A stretch of DNA of 64,000 bases from an uncultured Acidobacteriaceae bacterium (lineage in GTDB: Bacteria; Acidobacteriota; Terriglobia; Terriglobales; Acidobacteriaceae), in NCBI GenBank assembly GCA_963732305.1, contig CAVSYW010000002.1, positions 860,694-924,693 of the forward strand, in the 5' to 3' direction. Shown here in pieces: positions 29,056-38,608 of this stretch; the first letter of the stretch is position 1; every line of letters starts with the position of its first letter. Under the pieces are notes generated by a model. That model did no database searches, was not told the origin of the DNA, and saw nothing but the letters and a program-made list of their open reading frames with translations. A program made the translations under genes and the position numbers.

Positions 29056-29808
29056 ATGCGGGCTTCGCTCTTCATTACTTGTTATAACGACACTTTGTAT
29101 CCCGAGACTGGGCGGGCGGTGGTGCGGTTGCTGGAGCGGCTGGGCGTGGAAGTGGAGTTTCGCGCGGGGCAGACTTGCTGCGGACAGATGCATGCGAATA
29201 CCGGCTTTCGGAGCGAGGCTTTCAGCCAGGCCAGGCGGCTGGTGCGGCTGTATGCGGACGCCGAGGCGGTGGTGATTCCGTCGTCGTCGTGCGTGGCGAT
29301 GATGCGCGATCAGTATCCGGGGCTTTTTGAGGAGCTGGGCGACGAGGGGCTGCGGCGGGATTATGCGGCGCTGTTGCCGCGGGTGTTTGAGCTGAGCGAA
29401 TTTCTTGTGGACAAATTGGGCGTGGAGGATGTGGGCGCGTATTTTCCGCACCGCGTGACGTACCACGCGAGTTGCCACGGGCTTAGGGCACTGCGGCTGG
29501 GCGACCGGCCGTTTCGGCTCTTGAAAAACGTGCGCGGACTGGAGCTGGCGCCGCTGGAGAATCTGGACCGCTGCTGCGGGTTCGGCGGGACGTTCAGCGT
29601 GAAAAACGGCGATGTGTCGTCGGCGATGCTGACGGTGAAGCTCGAAGATGTGCTGTGGACGCGGGCGGAGTTTTGCACGGCGCTGGATAATAGCTGCCTG
29701 ATGCACCTGGGCGGGGCGATGCATCGCGCGTATGCGCCGATGAAGACGATTCATATGGCGGAGATTTTGGCGAGCACGCAGGACGAGCCGGCTGAGGTGG
29801 CGGGATGA
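29056..29808 (+). CDS. lutA: Lactate utilization protein A (CCG Fe-S protein)
   Basis: FITCYND, QTCCGQ, YHASCH, CCGFGGTFSVKN, CLMHL. Confidence 0.93.
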   Translation: MRASLFITCYNDTLYPETGRAVVRLLERLGVEVEFRAGQTCCGQMHANTGFRSEAFSQARRLVRLYADAEAVVIPSSSCVAMMRDQYPGLFEELGDEGLRRDYAALLPRVFELSEFLVDKLGVEDVGAYFPHRVTYHASCHGLRALRLGDRPFRLLKNVRGLELAPLENLDRCCGFGGTFSVKNGDVSSAMLTVKLEDVLWTRAEFCTALDNSCLMHLGGAMHRAYAPMKTIHMAEILASTQDEPAEVAG

Positions 29809-31304
29809 GCGCGGCCGACCATCCCGTGCTTGATCCAGCACTGGCGGCGCCGTTTCCTGTGGCCGCTTTGCCGGTGCTGCGCAATGTGCAACTGCGCAAG
29901 AATGTGGCGCACGCGATTGATGTGATCCAGGCTAAGCGGGCGAAGCTGGTTGCGGAAAAAACTGACTGGAAAGAGCTGCGCGCGGCTGCGGCGGCGATTA
30001 AAGATGAGGCGCTCGAAAATCTGGGCGCGTACCTCGAACAATTTGAGGAGCGGTGCACGGCGGCGGGCGGGCATGTGCATTGGGCGGCGGATGCGGCCGA
30101 GGCGCGGAGGATCATTCTGGAGCTGCTGCGCGAAGAGGGCGCGGACGAAGTTATCAAAATCAAGACCATGACTTCGGCGGAGATTCAGCTGAATCCGTTT
30201 CTGGAAGCGGCGGGCGTGCGGACGTACGAGACGGATCTGGCCGAGATCATTTTGCAGCTTGGCAAAGGAGAGCCCTCGCATATTGTGGTTCCGGCGCTGC
30301 ATGTGAATCGCAGCCAGGTAAGGGAGATTTTTGCGCGGACCATGGGGATCAAGGATTTGTCGGACGATCCCAAGGCGCTGACGGCGGCGGCGCGGACATA
30401 TTTGCGGCGGAAATTTCTGGATGTGCCGACGGCGATCAGCGGGGCGAATTTTCTAATTGCCGAGACGGGCGGCGTGGCGATTGTGGAGTCGGAAGGCAAC
30501 GGGCGCATGTGCCTGACGCTGCCGCGCACCATGATTACGCTGGCGGGGATCGAGAAGGTGATTCCGCGGTTCCAGGATCTTGAGGTGATGCTGCAGATGC
30601 TGGCGCGGTCGGCTACGGGCGAGCGGATGAGTCCGTATACGTCGCTGTGGACGGGCGTGACGCCGGGGGACGGGCCGCAGCGGTTTCATGTGGTGCTGCT
30701 CGATAATGGGCGGTCGTCGATTTTGGCGCGCAAGACGGAACGGCAGACTTTGCGCTGCATTCGCTGCGGGGCCTGCATGAATACGTGCCCGGTGTACCGG
30801 CAGACGGGCGGGCACGCGTATGGGTCGGTGTATCCGGGGCCGATTGGAGCGATTTTGACGCCGCAGCTGGAGCAGATGAGACACGCGCAGTCGCTGCCGT
30901 TTGCGTCGTCGTTGTGCGGGGCGTGCTACGAAGTGTGCCCGGTGAAGATCAACATTCCGGAGATCCTGATCGATTTGCGGGCGAGGGTGACGGATCAGGA
31001 ACGGCGGACGGTCGCGAAGTTTTTCGATCCGATGTATGTGGGGATGCGCACGGCGAACTTGATTTTTTCGCGGGCGTGGCTGTTTCATCTGGCGCAATGG
31101 GCGGGACGGATCGGTGCGAAGCTCGTGACGCGGCGGGATGGATGGATTCATTCGCTGCCGAGCGTGGGGGGGAAGTGGACGCAGACGCGGGATTTGCGGG
31201 GGCTGCCAAAGCAGAGTTTCCATGAGTGGTGGGCGGAACGTGAGAAAGCGAGCCAGCAAGTCAGCGGGTCAGCGAGTCAGCGAACCGGCGGGGAGGCACG
31301 ATGA
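29805..31304 (+). CDS. lutB: Lactate utilization protein B (LUD plus 4Fe-4S)
   Basis: ETDLAE, PSHIVVPALH, ESEGNG, CIRCGACMNTCP, SSLCGACYEVCP. Confidence 0.95.
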   Translation: MSAADHPVLDPALAAPFPVAALPVLRNVQLRKNVAHAIDVIQAKRAKLVAEKTDWKELRAAAAAIKDEALENLGAYLEQFEERCTAAGGHVHWAADAAEARRIILELLREEGADEVIKIKTMTSAEIQLNPFLEAAGVRTYETDLAEIILQLGKGEPSHIVVPALHVNRSQVREIFARTMGIKDLSDDPKALTAAARTYLRRKFLDVPTAISGANFLIAETGGVAIVESEGNGRMCLTLPRTMITLAGIEKVIPRFQDLEVMLQMLARSATGERMSPYTSLWTGVTPGDGPQRFHVVLLDNGRSSILARKTERQTLRCIRCGACMNTCPVYRQTGGHAYGSVYPGPIGAILTPQLEQMRHAQSLPFASSLCGACYEVCPVKINIPEILIDLRARVTDQERRTVAKFFDPMYVGMRTANLIFSRAWLFHLAQWAGRIGAKLVTRRDGWIHSLPSVGGKWTQTRDLRGLPKQSFHEWWAEREKASQQVSGSASQRTGGEAR

Positions 31305-32050
31305 ACGCGATCACCGATAGCCGCGGACGGGTTCTCGATGCGATTCGTGCCGCTACGGGTGGGTCCGCTGGGCGGAATTCTGTTGCGCCTGATGGGACGG
31401 CTGCGGAAACGCATTTGGGCGTGCCGCGCGACTATGTGCGGCAGGGAAACATGACGGTCAGCGCCCGTCACGAGCGGTTCGTGGAGCGTTTGCGGGAATA
31501 CGATGCGGAAGTAGTGGAATGCGAACCGGACGGGCTGGCGGCGGCGATTGCGGCGGTCGTGGCGGCGAGCGGCAGACATCGGTTTGTGGCGCCGCCGGGG
31601 ATTCCGGCGGAATGGACTGTCGAGGCCGCGTGGAAGATCGAAGGATGGGAATGCACATTCGACCATGGGCTGGAGACGCGGGAGATCGAGCGGGCCGAAG
31701 GTGTGATCACAGCGTGCTTTTGCGGGGTGGCGGATTCGGGTACCATCGTGCTTCACCATTCCGCCAGCGAGGGGCGCAGGGTCCTCTCTTTGCTTCCGGA
31801 CTGGCACCTGTGCGTGGTTTACGCGAGCCAGGTGGTGGAAACGCTGCCGGAGTACTTTGACCGATGCGAGGGAGCAAGGGAACGAGAAAGCAGGGAACAG
31901 GGATCAGGGAACAGGGATCAGGGCGCGAGTGGTTTGCCGAAGCTGGTGACTTGGATCTCTGGGCCGAGTGCTACGGCGGATATTGAAATGACGCGCATCA
32001 AAGGCGTGCACGGGCCGCGATTTTTGAATGTGATACTTGTCCAGGACTGA
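31301..32050 (+). CDS. lutC: Lactate utilization protein C (LUD domain), with in-frame repeat-derived insert
   Basis: SGTIVL, LSLLPDWH, ISGPSATADIE, GVHGP; CAGGGA(A/T) repeats at 31891-31925. Confidence 0.92.
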   Translation: MNAITDSRGRVLDAIRAATGGSAGRNSVAPDGTAAETHLGVPRDYVRQGNMTVSARHERFVERLREYDAEVVECEPDGLAAAIAAVVAASGRHRFVAPPGIPAEWTVEAAWKIEGWECTFDHGLETREIERAEGVITACFCGVADSGTIVLHHSASEGRRVLSLLPDWHLCVVYASQVVETLPEYFDRCEGARERESREQGSGNRDQGASGLPKLVTWISGPSATADIEMTRIKGVHGPRFLNVILVQD

Positions 32051-32112
32051 TGTGGTCGAGAGGGAACCGGGATTTGTGCTGGGTTGAAGAAGTGGGTCGG
32101 GGTTCGTGCTGT

Positions 32113-32320
32113 CCCCGGTCCCCGAATGCAAGGGACCGGGGGCACCGAGGCTCTTGCTGATTTAAGGGTCGAAAAGCAACCGCAGGTCCTTCGAATTCGT
32201 CCGCTGGGGCGGAATTCGCTCAGGATGACACAGTTGTTTTGATGCGAGCTTTGGCTGTTTCTTGTTGACATGTGCGGGCGGGGACGCCCGCACGACAGCC
32301 GGTCAGGAGACCGGCGTTAC
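32113..32320. repeat. Mosaic of three different REP-like elements between lutC and rhaI
   Basis: Family A hairpin 32113-32146; gcaggtccttcg...ctcaggatgaca element ~32180-32230; double hairpin GTGCGGGCG-GGGA-CGCCCGCAC / GCCGGTC-AGGA-GACCGGC 32272-32320. Confidence 0.7.
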
Positions 32321-32334
32321 ACTGCGAGGGGAAA

Positions 32335-33531
32335 ATGATGAAACTTTCGGATTCTGCGGTTCAGGATGCTGCATTCAAGGCGCTCGATGCGTTCAAGATC
32401 GAGATTCCCTCATGGGGATTCGCCAACACCGGCACGCGCTTTGGCAAATTTGTGCAGGCTGCCGCCGCCACCACCATTGAAGAGAAGTTTGCCGATGCGG
32501 GCGAGGTGAACAAGCTGACCGGCGTGACGCCTACCGTGGCGCTGCACGTGCTTTGGGATTTGCCCAATGGCGTGAAGGATGTGGCGGAAGTGAAGGCGCT
32601 GGAGAAGCGCTTCGGCGTGAAGTCGGGATCGATCAACCCAAATTTGTTTCAGGACCAGGAGTACAAGTACGGCTCGCTCTGCAACCCCTCGGCGGAGATT
32701 CGCGCGCACGCGCTGGAGCACATGCTGGATTCGATCGAGATCGCTAAGGCCCTCGGGTCGCGCGACATCTCGCTGTGGATGGCGGACGGCTCGAATTATC
32801 CGGGCACGCAAGCCATGCGCAAGCGCATCACCTGGCTCGAGGAAGCATTGCGGGTTTCGCACGATCACATGGCGCACTACCAAAGGCTGCTCGTCGAGTA
32901 CAAACCGTTTGAGCCGGCTTTCTACCACACCGATATTGCGGACTGGGGTATGTCGAGCCATTTTGCCAAAATGGCCGGTCCGCAGGCGCGGGTGCTGGTG
33001 GATACCGGACATCACTACAACGCGCAGAATATCGAACAGATTGTTGCGTGGCTGCTGCACACGAATATGCTGGGCGGGTTCCACTTCAACGACCGGCGCT
33101 ATGCCGACGACGATCTGACGCTGGGCTCGATCGATCCTTACCAGATCTTCCGCATCTTCCACGAGATTCACGCGGCTGCCGACGATGGGCTGGGCGGCGA
33201 GATTGCTTACATGATCGACCAGAGCCACAACCTGAAGGGCAAGATGGAAGCCATGGTGCAGACGGTGATGACGGCCCAGGAACTGTATCTGAAGGCGGCG
33301 CTGGTGGATCGCCATCAGCTGGCCGGCTTGCAGCAGTCGTGCGATCTGGTGGCTGCCGAGGAGTTGTATCGCGGCGCTTTCTGGACCGATGTGCGGCCGG
33401 TGCTGAGCGCGTGGCGCGAGGCGCATGGATTGCCTGCCGATCCGCTGGCGGCGCTCAAAGAGAGTGGCTACGTGGAGCGCGTGGGCAAGGAGCGGGGAAG
33501 CCGGAGCATGGCGGTTAGTAGCTACGCGTGA
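32335..33531 (+). CDS. rhaI: L-rhamnose isomerase (xylose-isomerase-like TIM barrel, RhaI type)
   Basis: EIPSWGFANTGTRF, INPNLFQDQEYKYGS, EYKPFEP, DWG, VDTGHH, HFNDRRYADDDL, MIDQSHN. Confidence 0.93.
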   Translation: MMKLSDSAVQDAAFKALDAFKIEIPSWGFANTGTRFGKFVQAAAATTIEEKFADAGEVNKLTGVTPTVALHVLWDLPNGVKDVAEVKALEKRFGVKSGSINPNLFQDQEYKYGSLCNPSAEIRAHALEHMLDSIEIAKALGSRDISLWMADGSNYPGTQAMRKRITWLEEALRVSHDHMAHYQRLLVEYKPFEPAFYHTDIADWGMSSHFAKMAGPQARVLVDTGHHYNAQNIEQIVAWLLHTNMLGGFHFNDRRYADDDLTLGSIDPYQIFRIFHEIHAAADDGLGGEIAYMIDQSHNLKGKMEAMVQTVMTAQELYLKAALVDRHQLAGLQQSCDLVAAEELYRGAFWTDVRPVLSAWREAHGLPADPLAALKESGYVERVGKERGSRSMAVSSYA

Positions 33532-33576
33532 AAAGCAGCTGTCAGCTAGTAGAGTTAGGTTGAAGTCGATGGTCTT

Positions 33577-33611
33577 CCCCGGTCCCCAAAAGCGAGGGAC
33601 CGGGGGCACCC
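33577..33611. repeat. REP-like hairpin family A
   Basis: ccccggtccc-caaaagcga-gggaccgggg-gcaccc. Confidence 0.8.
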
Positions 33612-33666
33612 AGCAATTCGGGGCGGTTTGACTCCGCTCCCATAAATATGGGAGCCTTAGGTTTCG

Positions 33667-33918
33667 ATGAAGACTACGCTTGAAATCCCGGACCCAATTT
33701 TCCGCCGCGCCAAAGCGGTTGCGGCGCAGCGAGGCGTTGCCTTGCGCGTTTTTGTTACCGAAGCGGTCGAGGAGAAATTGGCCGGCACATCTCGAAAGGG
33801 AGAGAAGCCCTGGGCCAAACTGGTAGGCGGCCTCAAGCATCTTCACAAAGAGACGACGCGCATCAACGGAATCATGAAGGCGGAGTTTGAAAAGATCGAA
33901 CCCGAGGACTGGGAGTGA
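33667..33918 (+). CDS. vapB: VapB-like antitoxin (RHH)
   Basis: MKTTLEIPDPIFRRAKAVAA RHH start; GTGA overlap with a PIN toxin gene. Confidence 0.8.
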   Translation: MKTTLEIPDPIFRRAKAVAAQRGVALRVFVTEAVEEKLAGTSRKGEKPWAKLVGGLKHLHKETTRINGIMKAEFEKIEPEDWE

Positions 33919-34292
33919 TTGTCGATACGAACGCTCTTTCGGCGATCGCGGACAATGAAGCTGCGGCGGCACGAATCGCGACTCGGGCGGAATCGATTGA
34001 ACTGCCGGTCATTGTTCTCGGCGAATACCGCTTCGGGATCGCGCAATCCCGTCGTCGCGCAGAGTACGAGCAGTGGCTCGGGAAACTGATTACAGCAACG
34101 CGGGTCTTGCCTGTCGATGAAGAGACCTCCAGCCAGTATGCCAAAATTCGCGCAGAGCTCAAAAAAGCCGGTCAGCCCATCCCTTCGAACGATCTATGGA
34201 CCGCCGCTCTCGCACGCCAGCATCGACTTACCCTCATGAGCCGCGATCTGCACTTCGATCATGTCCAGGGGCTTAAGCGAATTGGCTGGTGA
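33915..34292 (+). CDS. vapC: VapC PIN-domain toxin
   Basis: IVDTNALS, VLGEYRFG, IPSNDLWTAALA, SRDLHF acidic PIN residues. Confidence 0.92.
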   Translation: MIVDTNALSAIADNEAAAARIATRAESIELPVIVLGEYRFGIAQSRRRAEYEQWLGKLITATRVLPVDEETSSQYAKIRAELKKAGQPIPSNDLWTAALARQHRLTLMSRDLHFDHVQGLKRIGW

Positions 34293-34399
34293 CAGCATCT
34301 TGTCGTCCGGCCGTTTCACATCTAAGTTGTTACGGGGCAAGTTGTTCTATGATGTTGTGATGCCTGGGTTTCATTAGGGACACAGGTGCGGAGGCGTCG

Positions 34400-35548
34400 T
34401 TGGCCAAAGCTAAGATCAAACGGCTCTACTTGATTCCGATCCTTTCCAAGGCGCTCGACGTGATTGAGCTGCTGGAGCAGGACAACTCTCCACTGACGCT
34501 GGAAGACGTTTACCAGAAGACCAACATCTCGAAGACCAGCGTGTACCGGATTTTGAAGACGCTGGTGCATCGCGGCTACCTGGCACAGATGCCGAATGGG
34601 CAGTACCGGCTGGTTTCGCGGCCGCGGCGGCTGTGTTTCGGTTTTGCCGTGCAGAGCGCGGAGATGCCGTATTCCGAAGCCGTGGCGCAGAGCGTGAGTG
34701 CGGCGGCCGCGGCGGCGGGCGTGGAGCTGCTGCTGCTGGACAACCGCTACGATCCGGCGATGGCGGTAAGAAATGCCGAGGAGTTTGTGGCCAAGCGCGT
34801 GGACCTGGTGCTGGAGTTCCAGGTGGAGGAGGCGGCTGCGCCGAGGGTGGCGCACATATTCAAGAAGGCCGACATTCCACTGGTCGCGATCGACGTGCCT
34901 CACCCGAATGCGACGTATTTTGGCGTGGATAATTTTGAAGTGGGCTACGAAGCGGCGGCGATTCTGGCCAACTATGCGCTGCGCAAGTGGAAGGGCAAGG
35001 TGGATCGCGTGGTGGGCCTGGGATTTATCGAGGCCGGCAGCTTTGTGCAGAACCGCATCACGGGCGCATTCGACGGAATCCGCGAACGCTTCAGGGACCT
35101 CGATCCCGAATGCTTTGTGCGGCTCGAAGGCCGCGGCATGCGCGACGCGAGCCACAAAGCGATGAAGGAGTTGTTGCGGGGATCGAAGCCCGGCGAGCAC
35201 ACGCTGGTGGCCGCGGCTACGGATTCGAGCGCGCTGGGTGTGCTGGACGCGGTGCGCGAGGCGGGCCTGGAAGAAAATTTCGCCATCGTGGGGCAGGACT
35301 GCATTCCTGAAGTGATGGAAGAGATGAAGCGCGGCGGGAGCGCGATGGTTGGCTCGATTTCGCACGAGCCGGAAACTTACGGGCCGCGGCTGATCCAGTT
35401 GGGGATTGCGATTCTGCGCGGGTATACGGTGCCTCCTTATAACTACGTGCATCACAAGGCGGTGACGCCGGAGACGCTGGGGGCGGAGGAGAAGGCGAAG
35501 CATGGCAATGGGGCGAAGGCGCTGGTGGAGCAGGGCGTAAGCCAGTAG
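34400..35548 (+). CDS. Transcriptional regulator: IclR-type HTH fused to sugar-binding domain (rhamnose locus)
   Basis: KALDVIELL...KTSVYRILKTL HTH; VAIDVPHPNATYFGVDN; paralog of 4797-6038. Confidence 0.85.
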   Translation: MAKAKIKRLYLIPILSKALDVIELLEQDNSPLTLEDVYQKTNISKTSVYRILKTLVHRGYLAQMPNGQYRLVSRPRRLCFGFAVQSAEMPYSEAVAQSVSAAAAAAGVELLLLDNRYDPAMAVRNAEEFVAKRVDLVLEFQVEEAAAPRVAHIFKKADIPLVAIDVPHPNATYFGVDNFEVGYEAAAILANYALRKWKGKVDRVVGLGFIEAGSFVQNRITGAFDGIRERFRDLDPECFVRLEGRGMRDASHKAMKELLRGSKPGEHTLVAAATDSSALGVLDAVREAGLEENFAIVGQDCIPEVMEEMKRGGSAMVGSISHEPETYGPRLIQLGIAILRGYTVPPYNYVHHKAVTPETLGAEEKAKHGNGAKALVEQGVSQ

Positions 35549-35605
35549 CCAATAGGCAATAGCCAGTGGGGAGTAGTTTTCGTGCTGGGGTTGGGGGCGT
35601 GCTTT

Positions 35606-35640
35606 CCCCGGTCCCCAAAAGCTAGGGACCGGGGGCACCC
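35606..35640. repeat. REP-like hairpin family A
   Basis: ccccggtccc-caaaagcta-gggaccgggg-gcaccc. Confidence 0.8.
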
Positions 35641-35736
35641 TCATGTTGTGGTGAGTTTGCTTCCTGAAGGACCAGGCCACGTGCAACTGGAACCCCCGAA
35701 GCCAAGCAGCGGCCCCGGTTACGGAGGGTACGACTC

Positions 35737-36066
35737 ATGGCCCAAATGACACCCTTCAGATACGGCGGCTTCTACGACGTACCTCGATACATCTCACTTC
35801 GCTATCGGGGACGGCGATTCGTGCTGCAGAGCCCATTTGATGAGGATCTTGACGAATACCCCAGCGAGTACTCGGTTTACATTGTCCCTGAATCTGCTGA
35901 CGATTCACAGCCGGTCTGTCCTCCAGAGTTCTTCCTCAATACGCCAACGGCTTGCATTGGACATATTCAAATAGACCAAGTGACGTTTGACCCGAGTAAT
36001 CGCAAGGAACTTGACGCCTCCATCCTCGACAGCTTGATTGCCGACCAAGAGCCGAGAACTCAATGA
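35737..36066 (+). CDS. Hypothetical protein (109 aa, acidic)
   Basis: GGAGGG RBS, protein-like composition (FYDVPR, FDEDLDEY), lower GC than flanks; no family recognised. Confidence 0.6.
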   Translation: MAQMTPFRYGGFYDVPRYISLRYRGRRFVLQSPFDEDLDEYPSEYSVYIVPESADDSQPVCPPEFFLNTPTACIGHIQIDQVTFDPSNRKELDASILDSLIADQEPRTQ

Positions 36067-36346
36067 CATGCTTGCGCGACGCTCCACGGGCGGCCTGGAC
36101 TACCGCTGACGAACCGCATTACTTGCCACGCACGCCTGAATTCCCCGAATAAAACGGTTTCCTGACGGCTGCCGCTGTATCATAGACATGTGCTCGATCC
36201 TTTCCCCGATCGGCGCGCTCCAGAACTCTTGAAATGTTAGCCAGAGCTGGTTTGGAAGCGGGCAAGATGTGTACCCTTCTCGCGCGGCACGCGAATGCGA
36301 ATTTTCAGAACAAGGCGAATTTCGATTTCGCCCATGAGTGCTTCTT

Positions 36347-38557
36347 ATGACAACTGCTACTGCTTCCCCTGTATTGCATTTCCTTGAGGACCGCTGGGAC
36401 TTTGCCCACGCGGCCACTCTCGACGAACCTGAGCTCCTGCGTTATCGCTCGAATCTGCTTGGGTCGGACTTGCGCATTACCAATTTTGCCGGAGGCAATA
36501 CAAGCTCCAAAATTCTGGAGATGGATCCGCTGACGGGCGAGCCGGTGGAAGTGCTGTGGGTGAAAGGCTCGGGCGGCGACCTGGGTTCGATCAAGCGCAG
36601 CGGTTTTGCCACGCTCTATATGGATAAGCTGCTGGTGCTGGAGCGCAAGTACGGGGGCGTGGATACGGAAGACGAGATGGCGGAGATGTATCCGCTGTGC
36701 GCGTTCAAGAACAATCCTGTAGCCGCGTCGATTGACACGCCGCTTCACGGATTTTTGCCGTTCCCGCATGTGGATCACCTGCACCCCGACTGGGGGATTG
36801 CGTTGGCGGCGAGCGCGAACGGCAAAGCCAAGATGGACGAGTTCAACCGCGAGTTCGGACACCGGCTGGTGTGGCTGCCGTGGCAGAGGCCGGGCTTTGA
36901 ACTGGCCATGATGATGAAGCGTGCGGTGAAAGAGAATCCTGGCTGCGATGGGATCGTACTGGGCGGGCACGGGCTGTTTACCTGGGGCCAGACGCAGCGC
37001 GAGTGCTACCTGAATACGCTGACGACGATCGACCAACTGGGACAGTTTATTGAGCGGCATGGACGGGGCAAGACGCGCTTTGACGGCGAGGTACAGCCGG
37101 CGCGGGCCGATCGTAAAGAACTGGCGGCACAGATTGCGCCGTTCTTGCGCGGCCGCATCAGCGCGAAGCATCGTTTTATTTCGAGCTTTAGCGACGCGGC
37201 AGATGTGCTCGAGTTTATCGATTCGGCGGACGCGAAGGAGCTGGCTTTTCTGGGAACGAGCTGCCCGGATCACTTTATCCGCACCAAGATCCGGCCGATG
37301 TTTGTGCCGTGGAATGCGGGCGAGGATTTGCAGGCACTGCGGGATCAGATCGACATCTCTTTGTCGAATTACCGCGATCAGTACCGGCAGTATTACCGGA
37401 CATTTGCGACCAAGGATTCGCCGGCGCTGCGCGATGCCAGCCCCGCCGTGGTGCTGATACCGGGGATGGGGATGTTCAGCTTCGGCAAGAATAAGACCGA
37501 GGCGCGCATCACGGGCGAGTTCTATACGAATGCCATCCACGTGATGGAAGGCGCGAGCTTGCTGGGCGAGGGCGAGGTGACGGGAGTGCTGCCACAATGC
37601 CCGCCGGGAATGGATCCTGCGAGCTTCAAGGTGTTTTCGAATTATGTGGCGCTGCCGGCGGTGGAAGCGTTCCGCATCGAGTACTGGGCGCTGGAAGAGG
37701 CGAAGATTCGCCGCCAGCCGCCGGAGAAAGAATTGAGCCGGCGCGTGGCGCTGGTGGTGGGCGGGGCCAGCGGCATCGGACGCGAAGTGGCGCACCTGGC
37801 CGCGGTGCGCGGCGCGCACGTTTTTATTGCCGACCGCAACACGGAGGGTGCGGCGCAGGTTGCTATGGAGCTGGGTTCGGTTGTGCCGGTGGAATTTACC
37901 GGCAGTTCGTCGGTGGACATCCGAAGCAGGGATTCGATTCGCGAGATGCTGAGCGCGGCGGCGCTGGCGTTCGGCGGGATCGATATTCTGATCAACACGG
38001 CGGCAATCTTTCCGTCGACGCTGACGGGCGAAATTCCCGACGAGATGTGGGCCGATACCATGGCCATCAACGTGACGGCGAATTACCTGCTCGCCGACGA
38101 GGCAGCCAAGCTGTTCGAGGAACAGGGACTGCACGGCAACATCGTGTTCACGAGTTCGGCGAACGCGGTGGTGGCCAAGCGCGGCAGCGAGGCGTACGAC
38201 GTGAGCAAGGCGGCGCTGTCGCATTTGATTCGCGAGCTGGCGGTGAGCATGGCGCCGAACGTGCGCGTGAACGGCATCAGCCCGGCGACGGTGGTGAAAG
38301 GATCCACGATGTTCGGACGCGACCGGCTGCTGGCTTCGCTGAAGAAGTACAATATTCCTTTCCGGGAAACTTTCAGCGATGAGGAGCTGCGCAGCCGCCT
38401 GGCCGCGTTCTACGCCGAGCGCACGTTGACGAATAAGGCCATCGATCCGGCCGATTGCGCAGAATCCATTCTCTTCCTGGCCAGTCCTCGGGCGCGCTGC
38501 ACGACGGGACATGTGATTCCCGTGGACGGCGGACTGACCGAGGCGTTTCAACGCTGA
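36347..38557 (+). CDS. rhaEW: Bifunctional rhamnulose-1-phosphate aldolase / short-chain dehydrogenase
   Basis: GGNTSSK, VKGSGGDL, VDHLHPD, SCPDHFIRTK; SDR part GGASGIG, YDVSK, VRVNGISP, PVDGG. Confidence 0.93.
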   Translation: MTTATASPVLHFLEDRWDFAHAATLDEPELLRYRSNLLGSDLRITNFAGGNTSSKILEMDPLTGEPVEVLWVKGSGGDLGSIKRSGFATLYMDKLLVLERKYGGVDTEDEMAEMYPLCAFKNNPVAASIDTPLHGFLPFPHVDHLHPDWGIALAASANGKAKMDEFNREFGHRLVWLPWQRPGFELAMMMKRAVKENPGCDGIVLGGHGLFTWGQTQRECYLNTLTTIDQLGQFIERHGRGKTRFDGEVQPARADRKELAAQIAPFLRGRISAKHRFISSFSDAADVLEFIDSADAKELAFLGTSCPDHFIRTKIRPMFVPWNAGEDLQALRDQIDISLSNYRDQYRQYYRTFATKDSPALRDASPAVVLIPGMGMFSFGKNKTEARITGEFYTNAIHVMEGASLLGEGEVTGVLPQCPPGMDPASFKVFSNYVALPAVEAFRIEYWALEEAKIRRQPPEKELSRRVALVVGGASGIGREVAHLAAVRGAHVFIADRNTEGAAQVAMELGSVVPVEFTGSSSVDIRSRDSIREMLSAAALAFGGIDILINTAAIFPSTLTGEIPDEMWADTMAINVTANYLLADEAAKLFEEQGLHGNIVFTSSANAVVAKRGSEAYDVSKAALSHLIRELAVSMAPNVRVNGISPATVVKGSTMFGRDRLLASLKKYNIPFRETFSDEELRSRLAAFYAERTLTNKAIDPADCAESILFLASPRARCTTGHVIPVDGGLTEAFQR

Positions 38558-38608
38558 GGAAGGGCGTTCAAGGAAGAGCGCTGAAGAAAATGGGGAACTG
38601 CTGCCGTC

